Virus record (IMG/VR): IMGVR_UViG_3300030397_000728
Location: 1-42,116 of that record
DNA from: a virus
Taxonomy: Duplodnaviria; Caudoviricetes
Strand: one strand, 5' to 3'
Length of the DNA stretch: 42,116 bases
Positions 37,378-42,116 of the stretch are shown piece by piece. Each line of letters begins with the position of its first letter. Positions within the stretch are counted from its first letter, which is position 1. Below the pieces are notes generated by a model. It saw nothing but the letters and a program-made list of their open reading frames with translations, was not told the DNA's origin and did no database searches. The position numbers and the translations under genes are program-made.

Positions 37378-40263
37378 ATGTCAATAGCTAGAACAGTAAC
37401 CGCCTCAAAGGTTACACCTAAAACTCACCATGAAATTCGTGAGATTCCTAATGGATATTATCTTGAAGATGTTGTAGGATGGTTATCAGTAGTAATTCCT
37501 TTAGAATCCACTAATTTAATAGAAAATCCACAAATGTTGGACTTAAACGACAACAATAATCCTGATAGATGGATTAATGCAACAATTGCTGGAACATATG
37601 ATTTTAATGTAATAGGTGGGCCATATAGTGGCGGCTCGATGGCTGTTACTAATTTTACTGGTGGTGAAATATCATATACTCAAAGTGATTTGACTGCTAC
37701 AGAAACTTATGTACCAAGTTTGGTTATGCGAGGTAATGGTAGGGTTCGTGTCCAAATTACAGATACATTTAGTGTTGTTTCAACTGCAACTTTTGACTTA
37801 ACACCGGAATGGTCCCAGTATATTTTACCTTCATATGTTGCTAGTAATCAATTCCTAGTTCTTCGTATTTTTCCAGAAGGTACAGTTGATTCTTTAGAAG
37901 TTGGTTTTTTTCAACTTGAAAACAATGCTAAAAATGTAGCTACAACTCCATTTGATGGTTCTTTCAGTGGTTACAGATTTGAAAGTGCAGATGTTTATAG
38001 ATGGAATGGAGTTGCTAATTTATCATCTTCTACTAGACTAGTTGATACTATAACTGGTGGACAAGTAGTGAATTTACTTGAAGAGTTTGGTTTTTGTATT
38101 ACAGAGGCCGAAGGTTTTGGAATTCCTGAAGAGTTAGAAGTAATCAGCAGTCCATTTGCTTTACGACAGGGTTCCTTAGTTAGATGTAAAACAATTACTG
38201 AACGAACACTCACAATTGCAGGACAACTATTAAAATGTAGTTTTAGTGATTTAATCTGTAATAGAAATGCAATTGGACAAGCGATTTTTTCAAAACAACA
38301 ATTACGAAAATTTTTATGGCAACCTGTAGTTAATTGCGTACCATTACCTTGTGTTGAATTTATAGCGTGTTTAACTGGTGGATTCCAAGGAGTGTACGAT
38401 AACTTATATGGAGAAAACATAGAGATTGACATAACGATGTACGACCCGAATTTCTACTCGTGCTTCAGAAGAACAGAAACATTAGAAACTCGTAATGTTG
38501 AGCAATTTAGTGCATTAGTTGCAATGACTCCTGATGGACAAGCAATTGGGCCATTAGATATGGGTATTAATCAACCACTTATTCAAGGGCAAAACTTTTA
38601 TCATTATTGTGTTAGTCCATATGATGGAAATCTATATTACACATTTTTAGATACTGGTTTCAATAGAGTATTGAATAGATTCGATGGTAATACTCATACT
38701 CAAATAGCGTCATTTTCTGCCAGTAATAACCCAGACCCTAATTTTGACAATGAATTAAGATTAAGTTGTTGCGGCTCTAAGTTATATGTTGGTGGTAGTT
38801 TTGGAGCAGCTAGTCCTTCTGGTGGATTCGTAGGATTATCTGGTAATTCAATAGCTGAATTACGATTAGACACACAAACAATTGTTAATATCGGAAACGT
38901 TACTTCCGGTGGCTTACACGGACTAGTCACAGCAATGCTTTGTGTATTAGATGATGTAGCAATAGCTGGAACATTCGATTCTGCTGGTGGTGTCGCTACA
39001 ACAAACTTAAGTAGATACGATGGTGCTTTTTGGATTACAAATAGCTTTTCTATAAATAACGCTGCAACAGGTGGTAGAATTAACAAAATGATTTCTTGGC
39101 AAGAAGGTAGCTTATCTCCTGGTTTATTTGTCGGCTCATTTCAAAATAATACGAATGTTACATTTAACAATGTTGATGGTACTTTACCAGAATCCATTGG
39201 ATATTTTGATGGTACAAGTATTGTGAGAACTGATTTTATCTTTGATATTGCAGCACCAGGAAATACTGTAGCACAAATTACCAGTGCCACTAGATTAAAT
39301 GATACAGTTTTTATTGGTGGTAATTTTGGAGATGTAACTTCTCAAGTAGCATTTTGGGTTGGTTCTTTAGGCCATAGACATATGGGTATTGCAGTCTTAG
39401 ACTTAAATTTGACTCAGCCAAGTAGCGGATTAGTAGGTAGATTATTGCCTCTTGCTGGTGATATGGATGCAAGTCCACCAACTGGACGAGGTACAGACGG
39501 TTCTCAACCTGTAACTAGTCAGAATGGACAAACTGGACTTACTGAGATTGTTACAGATATGGCTGTAGTAAATGGTGAGTTATATGTTGTTGGAACACTA
39601 GAAGAATATGGGTTAATTGATTCAGATGGTTTGGTGGACCCTGCAAGAGGAATTATAGAACCTAAAGTTAATTTGTGTGGTGGTTTCATTTGGACACCAG
39701 ATGTTAATGATGCAAGATTTGGTGTTGCACGTCCATTAGAATTAGACTTGAGTGGTTTCGATTTGGCTGGTATTGCTTGCCGTATTATAGAAATACAAGC
39801 AGTTCCTGAAAATGCACCTGCACATTTAGGTTACAGTCATATTTATAAAATTGCATCTAATCAAGATACACCATCAAATTTTGAAACTGGTGGAGTTACA
39901 GATATAACACTTTGTAATGAGGATTTTGAAGACTTAACATTCATTATTCATATTGAAGGCCCAGGTGATTTACGTAGTATTTCTGTAGATGATACTATTG
40001 TTTTTGATACTGAAGCCAATCCAATTCGTATCGAGGGTAACGAAACATTTATTGCAGACTTTGAGTCGATACCTGCGACATTTACTCGCTCAGATGGAAC
40101 TGTATTTACAGGACAATCATTTAGACAAAGTACAATATCTTCACCTAATGCTGTAATCAATATTCGATTCACACCAAGTTTAGTTGATAATCCAACAGCG
40201 TTTATTTCTTATAAACCTGCCCATATTAGTAGTGAGTTGTTAATTTGTCAACCCTGTGCTTAA
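37378..40263 (+). CDS. Distal tail (Dit)-like protein with carbohydrate-binding and beta-propeller insertions
   Basis: After tape measure; TNLIENP..QLE..ATTPFDG CBM-like; EGFG.P...ERTLTI...YDPNFY Dit core; LYVGGSF/IAGTF/IGGNF repeats. Confidence 0.7.
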   Translation: MSIARTVTASKVTPKTHHEIREIPNGYYLEDVVGWLSVVIPLESTNLIENPQMLDLNDNNNPDRWINATIAGTYDFNVIGGPYSGGSMAVTNFTGGEISYTQSDLTATETYVPSLVMRGNGRVRVQITDTFSVVSTATFDLTPEWSQYILPSYVASNQFLVLRIFPEGTVDSLEVGFFQLENNAKNVATTPFDGSFSGYRFESADVYRWNGVANLSSSTRLVDTITGGQVVNLLEEFGFCITEAEGFGIPEELEVISSPFALRQGSLVRCKTITERTLTIAGQLLKCSFSDLICNRNAIGQAIFSKQQLRKFLWQPVVNCVPLPCVEFIACLTGGFQGVYDNLYGENIEIDITMYDPNFYSCFRRTETLETRNVEQFSALVAMTPDGQAIGPLDMGINQPLIQGQNFYHYCVSPYDGNLYYTFLDTGFNRVLNRFDGNTHTQIASFSASNNPDPNFDNELRLSCCGSKLYVGGSFGAASPSGGFVGLSGNSIAELRLDTQTIVNIGNVTSGGLHGLVTAMLCVLDDVAIAGTFDSAGGVATTNLSRYDGAFWITNSFSINNAATGGRINKMISWQEGSLSPGLFVGSFQNNTNVTFNNVDGTLPESIGYFDGTSIVRTDFIFDIAAPGNTVAQITSATRLNDTVFIGGNFGDVTSQVAFWVGSLGHRHMGIAVLDLNLTQPSSGLVGRLLPLAGDMDASPPTGRGTDGSQPVTSQNGQTGLTEIVTDMAVVNGELYVVGTLEEYGLIDSDGLVDPARGIIEPKVNLCGGFIWTPDVNDARFGVARPLELDLSGFDLAGIACRIIEIQAVPENAPAHLGYSHIYKIASNQDTPSNFETGGVTDITLCNEDFEDLTFIIHIEGPGDLRSISVDDTIVFDTEANPIRIEGNETFIADFESIPATFTRSDGTVFTGQSFRQSTISSPNAVINIRFTPSLVDNPTAFISYKPAHISSELLICQPCA

Positions 40264-40382
40264 AACAATAACAAACCTCTGTACGGCGTTCTAACGACTT
40301 ATAATTAAAATAAAGTCCAAATACACCATAATAATTATAAAATGGCTTAGAGCGCCGTTAAACAGTGTTAGAAAGGATGCTA

Positions 40383-41597
40383 ATGTCTCAAGTAAACTAT
40401 GATTTTCAACTATTTAATACGCAAGGGCAATATATAAGAAGTTTAGAAGGAATTATTGAAGCTACATTTGGGCGTTCAAAGAATGAAATAGGTTTATGTG
40501 AAATAACTGTTCCTGCTGAATTGTATAATGATACAGATTTTTTAATAGATAATCAATTATTAATTCTTCGTCAAAATGAAGTAACTGGAAATTTTGATAA
40601 CATTGGACAAACAAAGTGGTTTCTAAGAACAATCATTTATACAATTGATGAGCAATGTGTTGAGAATGTTGAATTAACCTTTACTGATACTATCGGTTTG
40701 TTACAACGTCGTCCTATTCCATATTTACAATTAGACCAGAGTAATTCACCATCACAAGTAGCGTTAGAAGAAGCTGACGATGCAATGAAAAGCGTATTGT
40801 ACTGGAATATTGGAGCTAATGTTGATGGTAGCATACCTGCAACTGTACCAGACCCTGGAACTTATGTGGCACAAGGCCCAATTGGAGCAGTAGCTACAGT
40901 GTATGGCTCGGCAGCTTTACGAGACCAGCACAGGCCATTTCCAATTATTATTTCTGCGTATGAATCTCTTGGAGTACCTATTAATTCTACATATGAATTT
41001 ATTACAACATTAGATGCATTGATTAATTTTGCTGATTTAGCTAAAGCCCAGAATCAAAATATATGGTTTGATATAATTTACGACCAGAACACCGATACTT
41101 ATCGATTTGTAACTTGGGTAAATCGTCGTGGGCAAGATTTATCAGAATCAGTTTTTGTCGGGCCAGATTTTAGTAATCTTACTAATGCAACTTATACAAT
41201 TGACGCTACAAATAGTTGTGATATTGCTTATGTGTCTGGTTCTGGACAAGGTGCGTTAAAACTAGTTGGAGCAGCCACAGAAGGCTTAAACGAGGATAAA
41301 CCATTTCGCCCTATTGAATGTATAATTAATGATACTCAGTTAGATTTACAAGCTTCAGTTGATAGTCAAGCACTTATTGAGGTAGCTAATAGACGTACTG
41401 AGCCAATTATTGAAGGTGAAGTGTTAAATATTCTAGGTACACGTATGTTTGTTGATATTAATTATGGTGATATTCTTACTGCTGATTGGAGAGGCGTTCA
41501 GTACCCAATTGAAATTTATGAATTTAGTGTTAGTTTAACAAACGAAGGTGAGGAAATAGAAATTCCATTTCGTGAGTTAATTGAGCCTTTTAATTAA
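40383..41597 (+). CDS. Baseplate hub/minor tail protein (ReqiPepy6 Gp37-like)
   Basis: After Dit; RGQDLS, AYVSGSGQG, DINYGDILT motifs; AAGGA RBS before ATG 40383. Confidence 0.7.
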   Translation: MSQVNYDFQLFNTQGQYIRSLEGIIEATFGRSKNEIGLCEITVPAELYNDTDFLIDNQLLILRQNEVTGNFDNIGQTKWFLRTIIYTIDEQCVENVELTFTDTIGLLQRRPIPYLQLDQSNSPSQVALEEADDAMKSVLYWNIGANVDGSIPATVPDPGTYVAQGPIGAVATVYGSAALRDQHRPFPIIISAYESLGVPINSTYEFITTLDALINFADLAKAQNQNIWFDIIYDQNTDTYRFVTWVNRRGQDLSESVFVGPDFSNLTNATYTIDATNSCDIAYVSGSGQGALKLVGAATEGLNEDKPFRPIECIINDTQLDLQASVDSQALIEVANRRTEPIIEGEVLNILGTRMFVDINYGDILTADWRGVQYPIEIYEFSVSLTNEGEEIEIPFRELIEPFN

Positions 41598-41608
41598 AAG
41601 GAGAGCAA

Positions 41609-42116
41609 ATGCCTCGTAAAACAGAGTTAGAAATATTATCAGCTAATATTAATGCACTAGACCAGAGAACCCGTACACCACTGAATTCTGCAAATTTAAG
41701 ATTAGCTCAAGAGCCTACTGCACCTAATAATGCTGGACATAATTTTTTTAAGCATTGGCTAAATACAACTACAGGTGATTTGTACTTCTGGAATATCGGG
41801 CTTCAACAATGGGATTTGGTATCTGGTGGTGGGCCATCAACTACAACACAAACAATTCAGTTTGGCCCAGGTAATATAGGACTTGTACCAAATGTTGCAA
41901 CTACTCTTATTGATATGAGAGTATTTTTTGAAATATGCTCAATCGCTGATTTATCAGGAATAACGTTTAATCTAAATAGCAGTGTTGCAACTCTATTGAC
42001 TTTTACACAAGCTGATTTATTAATTGATAACGATTCGTATTATCAAACATTTCCATTAAACATTGCTGTATCAGCACACGAAAGATTGTTCTTATGTGCA
42101 GACCAGAGATTCCTTG
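41609..42116 (+). CDS. Minor tail protein, truncated by window end (MPRKTELEILS...)
   Basis: AAGGAG RBS, open frame to end; WLNTTTGDLYFW motif. Confidence 0.7.
   Translation, partial: MPRKTELEILSANINALDQRTRTPLNSANLRLAQEPTAPNNAGHNFFKHWLNTTTGDLYFWNIGLQQWDLVSGGGPSTTTQTIQFGPGNIGLVPNVATTLIDMRVFFEICSIADLSGITFNLNSSVATLLTFTQADLLIDNDSYYQTFPLNIAVSAHERLFLCADQRFL

Noticed and set aside
1-42116. CRISPR array, tRNA, integrase, reverse transcriptase/DGR, stop-codon recoding
   Set aside because: No repeat-spacer array, cloverleaf or relevant motifs seen; genes are intact in the standard code

Overview
A 42-kb, AT-rich segment of a tailed dsDNA phage with a long non-contractile (siphovirus-type) tail. Left part (1-6.6 kb, minus strand): small early-type genes, an A-tract-rich non-coding block, and an operon of membrane and HTH/winged-helix proteins headed by a structured leader, then a GIY-YIG homing endonuclease. 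From 6.7 kb: TerS, TerL and portal, followed by a 4.6-kb insertion (a gamma-less membrane FtsK/SpoIIIE operon bracketed by two promoter/anti-Shine-Dalgarno/terminator sRNA-like cassettes, a Vsr-like nuclease, dNMP kinase). After that come prohead protease, scaffold, a Cys-rich major capsid protein, a membrane-anchored CHAT (caspase-like) protease flanked by two CxxC paralogues and a DUF1360-like protein, three paralogous tail-tube/Asp-box beta-propeller fusions, chaperones, a 2642-aa tape measure, Dit-like and hub proteins. No integrase, endolysin, tRNA or CRISPR array was seen. Most notable: putative anti-RBS small RNAs (one with a 20/23-nt in-window target), the FtsK plus membrane-wHTH module, the CHAT protease cassette, the triplicated tube-propeller genes, and an apparent GATC/GGTC/GACC depletion with GGCC excess. 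All family calls are from motif recognition by eye, not database searches.
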